A stretch of DNA of 64,000 nucleotides from Gammaproteobacteria bacterium (GTDB lineage Bacteria > Pseudomonadota > Gammaproteobacteria > SZUA-229), in contig JAPHRO010000021.1 of assembly GCA_026195895.1 (NCBI GenBank), positions 3,848-67,847 of the forward strand, in the 5' to 3' direction. The number at the start of each line of letters is the position of its first letter. The first letter of the stretch is position 1. The position numbers and the translations under genes are program-made. The notes beneath the pieces are model-generated. The model saw only the letters and a program-made list of their open reading frames with translations. It searched no databases and was not told where the DNA came from. This document shows positions 51,021 to 62,061 of the stretch, piece by piece.

Positions 51021-52457
51021 TTATCCGTTCAACTTTTTCTTCAGCATTCCATTTACCAGAGCAGGATTGGCTTTGCCCTGCGAGGCCTTCATGACCTGGC
51101 CAACGAAGTAGCCAAATAATTTATCCTTGCCAGAACGATATTGTTCCAGCTGGCCAGGGCTGTTGGCAATCACTTCATCAATCATGGCTTCGATGGCTGC
51201 ATCATCGGTGATCTGGCCGCCCCCCATTTTGTCGATGATTCCATCAACGTCGCCTTCGTTATTCCATAAACCATTAAACACATCTTTGGCCATTTTTCCG
51301 GAAATGGTTTTATCGGCAATTTTGTTTAATAGTGTCGCCAGCATTGCTGAGCTGACCGGTGACTGGGTGATGTCAATATCTTCTTTATTGAGGCGACTGG
51401 ATAGATCACCCATGATCCAGTTGGCAACAGTTTTTGCATCGCTGCTGGTGGCGGCAACTGTTGCTTCAAAATAATCGGCCATGGCTCGGGAGCTGGTCAG
51501 AATGCCTGCATCATAGTCAGATAGTTCAAATTCTGTGACAAAGCGTTGTCGCCTGGCTTCGGGTAATTCTGGTAACGTGGCGCGGACTTCTTCAAGGTAG
51601 GCGTCATCCAGAATAACTGGCAATAAGTCGGGGTCTGGAAAATAACGGTAATCATTGGCTTCTTCCTTGGAGCGCATGGAGCGAGTTTCATTTTTATCGG
51701 CATCGTAGAGACGAGTTTCCTGTACGACTTCACCACCATCTTCGATAAGGTCAATCTGGCGTTCTACTTCAATATTAATGGCGCGTTCAACGAAGCGAAA
51801 TGAATTGATGTTTTTCAGTTCAGCGCGGGTACCGAATTCTTTCTGGCCTTTAGGGCGCACCGATACATTGGCATCGCAGCGGAAAGAACCTTCGGCCATG
51901 TTGCCGTCACAGATATCCAGGTATTGCACCAGGGAATGAATTTTTTTCATATAGGCCACGGCTTCTTTGGCCGAGCGCATGTCGGGTTCAGAAACAATTT
52001 CCAGCAGTGGGGTGCCGGCACGATTTAAATCAATACCGGTTAATCCATGAAAATCCTCGTGCAGAGATTTGCCCGCATCTTCTTCAAGATGGGCGCGGGT
52101 AATGCCGACTGTTTTTTTTGTGCCGTCTTCCAGTTCTATTTCTATATTGCCAGATTCAACGATAGGTAAATCCATTTGCGAAATCTGGTAGCCCTTGGGC
52201 AGATCCGGGTAAAAATAATTTTTACGTGCAAAGACGGAGCGTTTGGCAACATTGGAGCCGGTGGCCAGGCCAAACTTGGCTGCCATACGAATGGCTTCCG
52301 CGTTGACTACGGGTAATACGCCGGGCAGGCCAAGATCAACTGCACAGGCCTGAGTGTTCGGCTCAGCGCCATAGGCGGTGGAAGCTGACGAGAAAATTTT
52401 ACTTTTAGTGCGGAGCTGAGCATGTATTTCCAGTCCGATTACGGTTTCCCATTCCAT
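51021..52457 (-). CDS. gatB: Asp-tRNA(Asn)/Glu-tRNA(Gln) amidotransferase subunit B
   Basis: [16 protein letters not shown]-terminus. 478 aa. Confidence 0.9.
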   Translation of the reverse strand: MEWETVIGLEIHAQLRTKSKIFSSASTAYGAEPNTQACAVDLGLPGVLPVVNAEAIRMAAKFGLATGSNVAKRSVFARKNYFYPDLPKGYQISQMDLPIVESGNIEIELEDGTKKTVGITRAHLEEDAGKSLHEDFHGLTGIDLNRAGTPLLEIVSEPDMRSAKEAVAYMKKIHSLVQYLDICDGNMAEGSFRCDANVSVRPKGQKEFGTRAELKNINSFRFVERAINIEVERQIDLIEDGGEVVQETRLYDADKNETRSMRSKEEANDYRYFPDPDLLPVILDDAYLEEVRATLPELPEARRQRFVTEFELSDYDAGILTSSRAMADYFEATVAATSSDAKTVANWIMGDLSSRLNKEDIDITQSPVSSAMLATLLNKIADKTISGKMAKDVFNGLWNNEGDVDGIIDKMGGGQITDDAAIEAMIDEVIANSPGQLEQYRSGKDKLFGYFVGQVMKASQGKANPALVNGMLKKKLNG

Positions 52458-52480
52458 AAAGAATACCTCTTAAAATTCTG

Positions 52481-53938
52481 TTACGCGAAAGCGTCTGGCG
52501 ATTGTTTGTGCCAGTCTGTGTTTTGTTGGTATTGATGAGCAACATTCAACAAACGACTTTCATCAAAATGTCTGGCAATTATCTGTAAACCCACCGGCAT
52601 GTTATTACTGAATCCGGCGGGGATGCTGATGCCCGGCAGGCCAGCCAGATTTACCGCGATGGTGTAAATGTCAGACAAATACATGGAAATAGGATCATCG
52701 GATTTTTCACCAATATTAAATGCCGTTTCCGGTGATGCGGGACCCATGATCACATCAACCTGTTCGAATGCTTTGCTAAAGTCATCTGAAATCATGCGGC
52801 GCAGTTGTTGTGCTTTGATGTAGTAAGCATCGTAATAACCGGCTGACAATGCGTATGTTCCCACCATGATACGGCGCTTAACTTCGGCACCAAAACCTTC
52901 ACCACGGGAACGTTTGTACATGTCTTCCAGGTCTTTTGGATCATCGCAGCGATGGCCAAAACGTACACCGTCAAAGCGGGATAAATTGGATGAGCATTCT
53001 GCCGGTGCGACAACATAATAAACCGGTACTGCCAGGTGAGTATTGGGCAGAGTAATATCAATAATTTCTGCACCCATTTTTCGGTACTGTTCGATGGCAG
53101 TATTCACTACCCCAGCAACGCCAGCGTCCAGGCCTTCGCCAAAGTATTCTCTGGGTAAGCCAATTTTCAGACCGGCCAGTGGTTTATTTAAATCAGCCGT
53201 ATAGTCAGGTACTGCTTTGTCCAGCGAGGTTGAATCGCGAGGATCAAAACCGGCCATGGCGTTGAGCATTATGGCGCAGTCTTCGGCGGTGTGCGCCATT
53301 GGGCCTGCCTGATCCAGGCTGGAGGCAAAAGCAATCATGCCATAACGGGATACGCGGCCATAAGTTGGTTTCAATCCGGTGATTCCGCATAACGAAGCCG
53401 GTTGTCGAATTGAGCCGCCGGTGTCGGTGCCGGTTGAGGCGGGTGCCAGACGTGCTGCCACACAGGAGGCCGAGCCGCCTGACGAACCGCCCGGTACCGC
53501 GTTGGTATTCCAGGGGTTTTTGACCGGGCCATAAAAACTGGTTTCATTGGATGAACCCATGGCGAATTCATCCATATTGGTTTTGCCCAGCATGACCACA
53601 CCGGCAGCGAGTAATTTTTCAACCACGGTTGCATTGTAGGGGGCGTCAAAATTATCCAGCATTTTAGAGCCGCAGGTGGTTTTCACATCCAGGGTGCAGA
53701 AGATATCTTTGTGGGCAATTGGGATGCCGGTCAGCGGCCCGGCATTACCGGCGGCGCGTTTTTCATCGGCGGCTTTGGCATGGGCCAGTGCCTGTGCTTC
53801 GGTCACGGTAATAAAGCTGTTGAGTTCGCCGTCATACTGTTTGATGCGGTCAAGAAATGCCTGGGTCAGCTCAACTGAAGTCACGTCGCCGGCTTCCAGC
53901 ATCGCTGCTAATTCGGCCAGTGTTTTTTGATGATACAT
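52481..53938 (-). CDS. gatA: Asp-tRNA(Asn)/Glu-tRNA(Gln) amidotransferase subunit A
   Basis: Amidase signature GGSSGGSA. 485 aa. Confidence 0.9.
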   Translation of the reverse strand: MYHQKTLAELAAMLEAGDVTSVELTQAFLDRIKQYDGELNSFITVTEAQALAHAKAADEKRAAGNAGPLTGIPIAHKDIFCTLDVKTTCGSKMLDNFDAPYNATVVEKLLAAGVVMLGKTNMDEFAMGSSNETSFYGPVKNPWNTNAVPGGSSGGSASCVAARLAPASTGTDTGGSIRQPASLCGITGLKPTYGRVSRYGMIAFASSLDQAGPMAHTAEDCAIMLNAMAGFDPRDSTSLDKAVPDYTADLNKPLAGLKIGLPREYFGEGLDAGVAGVVNTAIEQYRKMGAEIIDITLPNTHLAVPVYYVVAPAECSSNLSRFDGVRFGHRCDDPKDLEDMYKRSRGEGFGAEVKRRIMVGTYALSAGYYDAYYIKAQQLRRMISDDFSKAFEQVDVIMGPASPETAFNIGEKSDDPISMYLSDIYTIAVNLAGLPGISIPAGFSNNMPVGLQIIARHFDESRLLNVAHQYQQNTDWHKQSPDAFA

Positions 53939-53967
53939 TTAAAAATTCCTGTGGATAAACTGGCTAA

Positions 53968-54255
53968 TCATTCAATAACTTTCGGCACCAGATACAGACC
54001 ATCTTCGGTTTTAGGTGCGATTTTCTGAAAATGTTCGCGCTGGTTTTCTTCCAGCACTTCATCGGCTCTTAAGCGTTGCGAAACATCCATCGGGTGAGCC
54101 ATGGGCAGCACATCCGTCGTGTCCACAGTATTCATTTGTTCAACCAGATCGAGAATACTGGACAGGCTTTCGGCATAGCTTTCAATATCGGATTCATCGA
54201 TATTGAGTCGTGCAAGATGCGCAATATTTTTTACATCATCGGGTCCCAATGACAT
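53968..54255 (-). CDS. gatC: Asp-tRNA(Asn)/Glu-tRNA(Gln) amidotransferase subunit C
   Basis: MSLGPDDVKNIAHLARL N-terminus. Trimmed to the internal Met, giving 95 aa. Confidence 0.85.
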   Translation of the reverse strand: MSLGPDDVKNIAHLARLNIDESDIESYAESLSSILDLVEQMNTVDTTDVLPMAHPMDVSQRLRADEVLEENQREHFQKIAPKTEDGLYLVPKVIE

Positions 54256-54602
54256 GGTGATCTCCGCGGGTGGTTTACTCCAGGCTGTATCATAACTTTG
54301 ATGGCAAGTTTTTATAGTGCGAGTTTTACTTCTGCTGTGGTTCAAAAAATCCGGTTTAGCCTGGGGCGAAACTACGAATTTCTGATCCCGATGCAGAGCA
54401 ATATCCGCCTTCTGAAATTGCCCCTGAAGTCATGGATTCAGGTTGGAGATGATAATTGTGTCTAAAACCGCGCAAAATTAGCATATTATGGGCTTTGAAA
54501 CCACTGTCATGCTTGCTCTATAACACCGGCGTTGATAGAGTAGCGCCTATTCTGGGGTGTGCTATATATAATCCCTTATTGTAAAAAATAAATTAAAAAT
54601 AA

Positions 54603-55670
<1,068 letters not shown>

Positions 55671-55765
55671 ATAGCTATTCAGTTTTTCCTGCGTGCCTGC
55701 ATGCAGGAATAATCTGAAAAATTGTTTTGACGAGTTTAATTCTTAATTTTAGAGAGTGATCATCT

Positions 55766-56710
55766 ATGCAGCCGTTATTCATGCGTGGACCTTCGATTAC
55801 TCTGCGAACTATCCTGTTAATCATTTTTTCTATCATGCTGATGATGGTGGATCACCGCTGGCATCATCTTGAGTCGGCTCGAAGTCTGATTGAGTCGGTG
55901 GTTATTTACCCGCTTCGCTATGCGATAAATTTACCGGCCCAGTTTATAAGCTGGGGCGATGAATCTTTGTCTTCGCATCAGTTTCTGTTAGCAGAAAATA
56001 AACAGCTAAAAGAGCAATCGCTACGTGCCCAGGTGAGTTTGCAGAAATTGAGTATTCTCGAAAAAGAAAATGAACGCTTGCGCAAAATGCTCAGTGCACA
56101 ACCGAAAGTGGGCGAGGAAGTGCTGGTTGCCGAGCTGCTTTCTATCGACCTGGATCCCTATAAGCAGCAGGTCATTATTAACAAGGGCGATCAAAAAAAT
56201 GTTTATCTGGGACAGCCTATTATTGATGCCTGGGGCGTGATGGGACAGATTATTCATACTGGAAAATATTCTGCAACCGCCATGCTGATATCAGACCCAA
56301 GTCACGCCATTCCGGTGCAGGTTAATCGCAATGGTCTGCGTAGCACGGCGTTTGGTACCGGCCATCCACATAAACTTGAATTGCGATATATTCCCCATAA
56401 TGCTGAGATCGAAGTTGGAGATTTGATGGTGACATCGGGTCTGGGGGGGCGCTTCCCGCCAAATTATCCGGTAGGCAGAATTATTGAAATTGATCGGCCG
56501 GCAGGGGAAACTTTTGCTCGGGTGATAGCTGAACCGGTTGCCCACCTGGATCGAAGTCGCGAAGTATTGCTGGTCTGGCACAATCCACCACAGCCGGAGT
56601 CGGAACCGGAACCGGAACCGGAATCAAAGGAAGATCCTGGGCCTGACTCTGAGAACGAGTCTCCAGCACAATCAGATACTGGTAAAAAGAGGCAACAGAA
56701 TGCTGGATAG
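55766..56710 (+). CDS. mreC: rod shape-determining protein MreC with an acidic E/P-rich C-terminal tail
   Basis: N-terminal TM, coiled coil and MreC beta domain. The tail is EPEPEPES. Confidence 0.85.
   Translation: MQPLFMRGPSITLRTILLIIFSIMLMMVDHRWHHLESARSLIESVVIYPLRYAINLPAQFISWGDESLSSHQFLLAENKQLKEQSLRAQVSLQKLSILEKENERLRKMLSAQPKVGEEVLVAELLSIDLDPYKQQVIINKGDQKNVYLGQPIIDAWGVMGQIIHTGKYSATAMLISDPSHAIPVQVNRNGLRSTAFGTGHPHKLELRYIPHNAEIEVGDLMVTSGLGGRFPPNYPVGRIIEIDRPAGETFARVIAEPVAHLDRSREVLLVWHNPPQPESEPEPEPESKEDPGPDSENESPAQSDTGKKRQQNAG
56594..56626 (+). repeat. hexanucleotide (GAACCG)n microsatellite inside the mreC 3-prime end
   Basis: CCGGAGTCG GAACCG GAACCG GAACCG GAATCA encodes PESEPEPEPES. Confidence 0.6.
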
Positions 56711-57194
56711 CCGCTGTTATCGAGTTGTACCGCCAACCCTGGTAGTGGCACTAATGCTAATGATGTTGCCGTTGCCGGACTGGGCGCAGGCTTTTCGTCC
56801 GGACTGGGTAACGCTGGTGGTGATTTACTGGATAATGGCTGTGCCCGAAAACGTTGGTGTGACTGTTGCCTGGATTTTTGGTCTGTTGCTGGACGTTACT
56901 CAGGGTTCAATTTTAGGCCAGCATGCCATTGGCCTGGTGCTGGTGGCTTATCTGGTGCAACTACAGTATTTGCGTATTCGCGTATATTCTCTGGTGCAGC
57001 AATCATTAGTGGTTTTTGTGTTGTTAATGATTAAGCAGCTGCTGGTGCTCTGGGTAAACGGCATCGTAGGGCAGGCGCCCGATGATTTGGCCAGTTATTT
57101 TTTACCCAGTCTGATGGGCGCCATTATCTGGCCCTGGTTATTTGTGATTTTACGCGATATTCGTCGGCGTTTTACCCACACCAAAATATTCTAA
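56700..57194 (+). CDS. mreD: rod shape-determining protein MreD
   Basis: 5-TM protein of about 164 aa. Its ATG overlaps the mreC stop. ORF 56538 was trimmed. Confidence 0.8.
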   Translation: MLDSRCYRVVPPTLVVALMLMMLPLPDWAQAFRPDWVTLVVIYWIMAVPENVGVTVAWIFGLLLDVTQGSILGQHAIGLVLVAYLVQLQYLRIRVYSLVQQSLVVFVLLMIKQLLVLWVNGIVGQAPDDLASYFLPSLMGAIIWPWLFVILRDIRRRFTHTKIF

Positions 57195-58669
57195 TCGACA
57201 GACACCGTGCGTTCACTGGCCCAGTGACGTAGCTGGTTTATTTGTTCGTCCATCACAATCGACAGGGGTCGCGTCTGTTTTATTTCACTTAGAAAATCTT
57301 GCGTTTTAATGGGGCTGGATTGGCCATGACTGGCATACATTACTGAGACTATCGCCTGTTCTATTTCTGCGCCAGAAAAGCCCTTACTGGCCAGAGCCAA
57401 CTGCTGAAAATCAATATTTGTTTCAGGTAAATTACGTTTTTTAAAATGGATTTTGAATATGCTTTGTCGAGCTGGATGATCGGGCAGATCCACAAAAAAT
57501 ATTTCATCCAGTCTGCCCTTGCGGATCAGCTCCGGAGGCAGAGCTTCTATTTGATTGGCAGTGGCGACTATGAAAACAGGATGTTTGTTTTCAGCCATCC
57601 AGGTCAACAGGCTGCCAAGCAGGCGCTTTGATGTGCCTTCATCTTCGCTGCCCGAGGAAATGCCTTTTTCCAGCTCATCTATCCATAAAACACAGGGCGC
57701 CATAACTTCGGCTGTATGCAATGCCTGGCGTAGATTGCGCTCGGTTTCGCCGACGTACTTGTTATACAACTGACCGAAATCGAGCCGCAGCAGTGGGATA
57801 CCCCAGATGCCCGCAACAGATTTAGCGGCCAGGCTTTTACCGCACCCCTGGACACCCAGTAATAAAATCCCTTTAGGTCGATCCAGGTCGGTGGGTAAGT
57901 CTGCGCCATTCTGAAAGGCGGACTGGCGTTGTTCTAACCAGATTTTGAGTTTTTTCATGCCGCCGACATCAGAAAAATGAGCGGTTTCATATTCAAAGGC
58001 CAATATTTCATCCTGGTTGAGCAGGCGATATTTGGCTTCCATAACTTCCGGTAAATCAGTTTCAGTAATAGCACCATCATCTATAATTGCGTTACGAATC
58101 AGTCGATTAGAATCATTAAAGCTAAGTCCGGACAGGTTTTGTATTAATCGATCCAGTGTTGGGCGATCAGTGCGAACCCGGTTTTGATTCTGGTTTTGCC
58201 AGTTGCGCGCTTCTGTTTTGATCAATTCTTCCAGTTCAGCAGGACTGGGTAAGCGCAATTGAAACTTTGCGGTCAGGCGCTGCAGGTTTTTGGGTAATGA
58301 AAGCCGGTGGCTAACTAGAATCAACTTTCCTTTGTTGCCTTCAAACATCATGGCAATTTCTTTTAGCAGGCGTATATTGATCGGGTCGTTTAAGTAAGGA
58401 TCAAAGTCCAGCAGGACATAGAGGCCTTGCAGGTTTGACGCCTTAATATGGCGTAGTGCATCCTGTGGGGCGGCGACATGTTTCTGCGGGTCAAGATCAA
58501 TATCGAGGCGCTGTAATCCGTCTGTGACTGTCCATTTAAACAGGGGGATAAAAGTTCGAGTTGCGCTGTTGATAAGCAGCTCAAGTGTGCGACGTTCTTC
58601 AAAGGTCTCTACTGCAATGATGGGTACATGACCACGTATCAATAAATCCAGATCATGTTTGTCTGACAT
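57191..58669 (-). CDS. classical AAA family ATPase with an N-terminal domain of about 250 aa of unknown function
   Basis: Walker A GVQGCGKSL, Walker B LWIDELEK, and the second region of homology VATANQIEALPPELIRKGRLD. The N-terminal half resembles a degenerate nucleotide-binding fold (YVLLDFD, KLILVSH). Confidence 0.7.
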   Translation of the reverse strand: MSDKHDLDLLIRGHVPIIAVETFEERRTLELLINSATRTFIPLFKWTVTDGLQRLDIDLDPQKHVAAPQDALRHIKASNLQGLYVLLDFDPYLNDPINIRLLKEIAMMFEGNKGKLILVSHRLSLPKNLQRLTAKFQLRLPSPAELEELIKTEARNWQNQNQNRVRTDRPTLDRLIQNLSGLSFNDSNRLIRNAIIDDGAITETDLPEVMEAKYRLLNQDEILAFEYETAHFSDVGGMKKLKIWLEQRQSAFQNGADLPTDLDRPKGILLLGVQGCGKSLAAKSVAGIWGIPLLRLDFGQLYNKYVGETERNLRQALHTAEVMAPCVLWIDELEKGISSGSEDEGTSKRLLGSLLTWMAENKHPVFIVATANQIEALPPELIRKGRLDEIFFVDLPDHPARQSIFKIHFKKRNLPETNIDFQQLALASKGFSGAEIEQAIVSVMYASHGQSSPIKTQDFLSEIKQTRPLSIVMDEQINQLRHWASERTVSVD

Positions 58670-58742
58670 ATTTGAGCCCGTTATATATATGTGTTATTAC
58701 AACTAACTATATTATTAATCTTATAAAAACGCATCTTTAGCT

Positions 58743-59603
58743 ATGTTCCCACTTAAACAGGCGCTGGCCGAATACGGTTTTGAATCCCGTGAAAATTATG
58801 ATTACGCTATTCAGCGTTTTCTTGAACACCCGAATGAAAATATTCGTTGTCTGAATGTAGATGGCGAGCCGGGACGGCGTAAAACCGCTTTCGCTAATGC
58901 ATTGGCGCAGGCGTTGAAAGTCAGTCATGTGCTTTACTATGAGTTTGGAGCGGATAAACCCGTGCCGCAGACGGTGCGAGTGGTTGAAGGTGAGGAGCTC
59001 CCGGAAGAGCCTCCCACCCAGCCATTCGATCGGATTATGACGGAAGCCTGTGCATTAAGTGAGGCTGAAAGCATCATCTTAATACTGGATCAGTTGCATC
59101 TGGCTGAATTTCAGCAGCATCTTCGACTATTTGAATTTGTAAAAACTAAGATCTGGGCGTATAGCGATGTACAGTTTCATGCTAATCAGGCCAATTTGAT
59201 TGTGTTTTTGCTTTCAAACGAGCCGCTATACCACTCATTGCAGGTGAATAGCTTCAGGTTGTGGGTCAGTGCAGTACCTGAAGATACTGGCAAACCGCTG
59301 CCAGAAGAGCTGGGACTGGATGATAGCTGCCAGGAATGGCTTGATCCTCTGAATGAACTGATTTCAAAGCTCGGCCTCACTCCGTCCATCAAAGAATATC
59401 AAAAGCTGGCACACGACATAGAGCAGTCTGTTCGCACCGAAGAACAGCTAAAAATATCGATATTTGGCTGGCTTGAAAATGTAGATCGTAATTTACTCAA
59501 TAGCCGTGTTCTGTCACCTCTGCTGGTGAGGGTTCTAAGAGCAATTGAGGATAATTTGAGCATCCAGGAAGAGATTGAATTAAGTTCCGAAGGAATAGAT
59601 TGA
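58743..59603 (+). CDS. hypothetical protein with a degenerate P-loop (GEPGRRKT), possibly a pseudo-ATPase partner of the divergent AAA ATPase
   Basis: G-x-P-G-x-x-K-T at residues 40-47, then a hydrophobic strand with D (ILILDQ) but no catalytic Glu. No recognised family. Confidence 0.35.
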   Translation: MFPLKQALAEYGFESRENYDYAIQRFLEHPNENIRCLNVDGEPGRRKTAFANALAQALKVSHVLYYEFGADKPVPQTVRVVEGEELPEEPPTQPFDRIMTEACALSEAESIILILDQLHLAEFQQHLRLFEFVKTKIWAYSDVQFHANQANLIVFLLSNEPLYHSLQVNSFRLWVSAVPEDTGKPLPEELGLDDSCQEWLDPLNELISKLGLTPSIKEYQKLAHDIEQSVRTEEQLKISIFGWLENVDRNLLNSRVLSPLLVRVLRAIEDNLSIQEEIELSSEGID

Positions 59604-59671
59604 GAGTTCAAAACAGGGCATTTCGTCTGAAAACTGGCTCAATTAGCATTTAATTTGATAAATAATATAGA

Positions 59672-59685
59672 ATATCGGCCGATAT
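59672..59685. promoter_or_regulatory. perfect 14-bp palindrome ATATCGGCCGATAT (candidate operator) in an AT-rich leader
   Basis: Lies in the 277-bp AT-rich region upstream of the tandem paralog genes, flanked by TATAGA/TATATCTA half-repeats. Confidence 0.35.
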
Positions 59686-59880
59686 CGTTGTTATATCTAT
59701 AACGAAATTATCATAGTGATTTTTCCCTAATATCGTAATTTTTGTGATCAATCAACGGAAAGTGCTTGATAAATCATTGAAAAATACTATTAATTGTAGG
59801 TATTCAGGTTGTCCAGCTTAATCAATATGTGATCTGATTAACAGCGGGCTTCTAGCGTAAATATTAGACTTTAGTTGTGA

Positions 59881-60276
59881 TTGGAGTATTTGACGGTAAT
59901 GAGTATTCAATATAGCTCTGATAGCCAATATGCAGGACATTTGCCGCAGCGAGATGTAAGTAGTACTGCGCGGCTATTTAATTTTAATCGTCCAGTGTAT
60001 ATGACCGATTCAGTTTGGCATGATTGTGTTGAGTTAATGGATCGGAATGGCAAGACTATTGATGAACTGGCGGTACTGCAGCGTTTAAGGCATGTGCTTT
60101 TTATGGCGTCTAGCGCTTTACATGGTCGGGTAAAAGATGTGGAATGTGAATTTCGTATTCATCGTGTGCCTAATGATAAAAAGGCTCGCCACCCTGAAGC
60201 CACTACGCTCAAGATAGAAGCTCATTCAGATCAGTTCAATCAACCCGTTATTACTATTAAACATCCTAATGAGTAG
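59881..60276 (+). CDS. hypothetical protein, paralog 1 of a tandem pair, no recognised family
   Basis: Shares a core of about 100 aa with the next ORF (STARLFNFxRPVYMTxxVWxDCVEL...DELAVLQRLRHVLFMAxSALHGR...PVITIKxP). Confidence 0.5.
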   Translation: MEYLTVMSIQYSSDSQYAGHLPQRDVSSTARLFNFNRPVYMTDSVWHDCVELMDRNGKTIDELAVLQRLRHVLFMASSALHGRVKDVECEFRIHRVPNDKKARHPEATTLKIEAHSDQFNQPVITIKHPNE

Positions 60277-60290
60277 TATGTACTATTGTT

Positions 60291-60677
60291 ATGTATCCGG
60301 AAGAAGAATATCACTTAAGTAACGATCAAAATCCCGAGTTGAGGGACGTAACGAGTACGGCACGATTATTTAATTTCAGAAGACCTGTATACATGACATC
60401 GGCAGTATGGGAAGACTGTGTAGAGCTGGAATCAAAAGATGGTAAATCCTTTGATGAACTAGCTGTATTGCAGCGTTTGCGGCATGTGTTGTTTATGGCG
60501 GCAAGTGCCTTGCATGGCCGGTTTGAAGATCTGGATTATGATTTCCGAGTATATCGAATACCTAACAACTCTATCAATGGACGACGCCAGCCTGAACCAG
60601 TGAGTTTGCATCTCCAGGCGCATAAGGATGATCATAATCGTCCTGTGATTACTATCAAATTTCCTGACAAAGCTTAA
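60291..60677 (+). CDS. hypothetical protein, paralog 2 of the tandem pair
   Basis: About 50% identical to the preceding ORF across the conserved core. Separated from it by a 14-bp spacer. Confidence 0.5.
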   Translation: MYPEEEYHLSNDQNPELRDVTSTARLFNFRRPVYMTSAVWEDCVELESKDGKSFDELAVLQRLRHVLFMAASALHGRFEDLDYDFRVYRIPNNSINGRRQPEPVSLHLQAHKDDHNRPVITIKFPDKA

Positions 60678-60737
60678 TACTATTCAATGCAAGATCTATA
60701 TCTACTGGCATATAAATGATCAAAGCGGTAGCCCAAG

Positions 60738-61244
60738 ATGAAAAATAATTTACTGACCAGTTTGTTTGGTCGCCATAAGCAGCAAATTAAGCCCGATGCC
60801 TCTAAATCTTCCATATGTTTTGAAGATATCAGTGTGCTGATTGTGGATGATTCCAGAACGCAGTTATATGCTCTGGAGAAAATACTTAATAGCGTTGGCA
60901 TCAATACCATTACTGCAGAAAATGGCAAGCAGGGTATTCTCATGGCGCGCCATAAAAAGCCTGATCTGATTTTGATGGACATAGTGATGCCTGAAATCAA
61001 CGGTTTTCAGGCGACTCGGTATTTAACTCGGCAGCCAGATACTGGCCATATTCCTATCATCATCATCAGTGGTTCAAGTCAGGGGTCGGATAAAGTTTGG
61101 GGTATTAAGCTGGGTGCCAGGGACTTTATGCAAAAGCCCGTCGATAAAAAAGAATTACTGGATAAAATAGAGCACTGGCTGACTGAGAAATCGTTAGCAG
61201 CAACAGATAGTTCGCCTGAGCAGTCTTATGTTCAGGCTGTTTAG
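60738..61244 (+). CDS. single-domain response regulator (CheY-like receiver) with a 30-aa N-terminal extension
   Basis: VLIVDDS...LILMDIVMPEINGFQATR...KP. Paralogous to the receiver at 19920-20285. Confidence 0.75.
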   Translation: MKNNLLTSLFGRHKQQIKPDASKSSICFEDISVLIVDDSRTQLYALEKILNSVGINTITAENGKQGILMARHKKPDLILMDIVMPEINGFQATRYLTRQPDTGHIPIIIISGSSQGSDKVWGIKLGARDFMQKPVDKKELLDKIEHWLTEKSLAATDSSPEQSYVQAV

Positions 61245-61273
61245 TCTTTGAGTATGACGCTGGTTTGTGAATA

Positions 61274-61303
61274 AAAGCCACTTATAGCAGGGTGGCTTTT
61301 TTT
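61274..61303 (+). terminator. rho-independent terminator
   Basis: AAAGCCAC-N10-GTGGCTTT followed by TTTTT. Confidence 0.75.
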
Positions 61304-61365
61304 ATGCGAGAGAACAATGTTTTATCGGCGATGATTACTCTGCGTCCAGACTTTGTTTCTACTGC

Positions 61366-62055
61366 TTAAATGTAGTAGGACGTAGTGGTCATTAGCTTCG
61401 ACATTGCGGTCATTAATTTTTTAACTGGCCAGGGTAATTCTGCGCCACCACCTTCAATAGCGACGGTGGCATGATGGGCCTCATCTTCTTTCATTTGTTG
61501 CAGGATTTCTTTGCTGCGCAAATCCTGTGCTGGTAATTTATTTAAGTGACTGTCCAGATGACGAATAACCTGGTGTTCTGTTTCAGCGACGAAACCCAGG
61601 CTCCATTTATCTCCAATGGCACCGGCAAAAGCGCCAATTGCCAATGATCCTGAGTACCAGAGCGGATTTAGATAGCTTTTATGACTGCCCAGTTCGTTGA
61701 GTCGCTGTTCTGTCCAGGCCAGATGGTCATTCTCTTCCATAGCCGCCCGCTCCATGCTGTCGCGGACGGATTCCAGTCGGGCGGTTAACGCCTGCCCCTG
61801 ATACAGGGCCTGAGCTGAAACTTCACCCGAGTGGTTTATGCGCATTAAGCCGGCGGCCAGCTTACGTTCTGTTTCGCTTAATTCATTCGCTGCTGTGTAT
61901 TGTGCAGGATTAGGGCGTTCTGTTATGCGGGGTTTACCAACAACAGTTCGTAGCGCGTGGTCGGCCTGCATTATAAATTGATCAAGTGGTGAGAAATCGC
62001 GCATTAGTTTATTGTTGTGCCTGTCGAGCGGTTGATATGGGAGTCTGAACGTCAA
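61366..62055 (-). CDS. coq7: demethoxyubiquinone hydroxylase (Coq7 family di-iron protein)
   Basis: Di-iron ligand motifs INHSGEVSAQALY, EENDHLAW, AETEHQVIRHL, EDEAHHA. The true start may be the internal Met at 62004. Confidence 0.8.
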   Translation of the reverse strand: MTFRLPYQPLDRHNNKLMRDFSPLDQFIMQADHALRTVVGKPRITERPNPAQYTAANELSETERKLAAGLMRINHSGEVSAQALYQGQALTARLESVRDSMERAAMEENDHLAWTEQRLNELGSHKSYLNPLWYSGSLAIGAFAGAIGDKWSLGFVAETEHQVIRHLDSHLNKLPAQDLRSKEILQQMKEDEAHHATVAIEGGGAELPWPVKKLMTAMSKLMTTTSYYI

Positions 62056-62061
62056 AGTATA

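Noticed and set aside
56538-56699. N-terminal 54-codon extension of the mreD ORF overlapping mreC
   Set aside because: The extension lies entirely within mreC in another frame. The canonical MreD N-terminus begins at the ATG at 56700.
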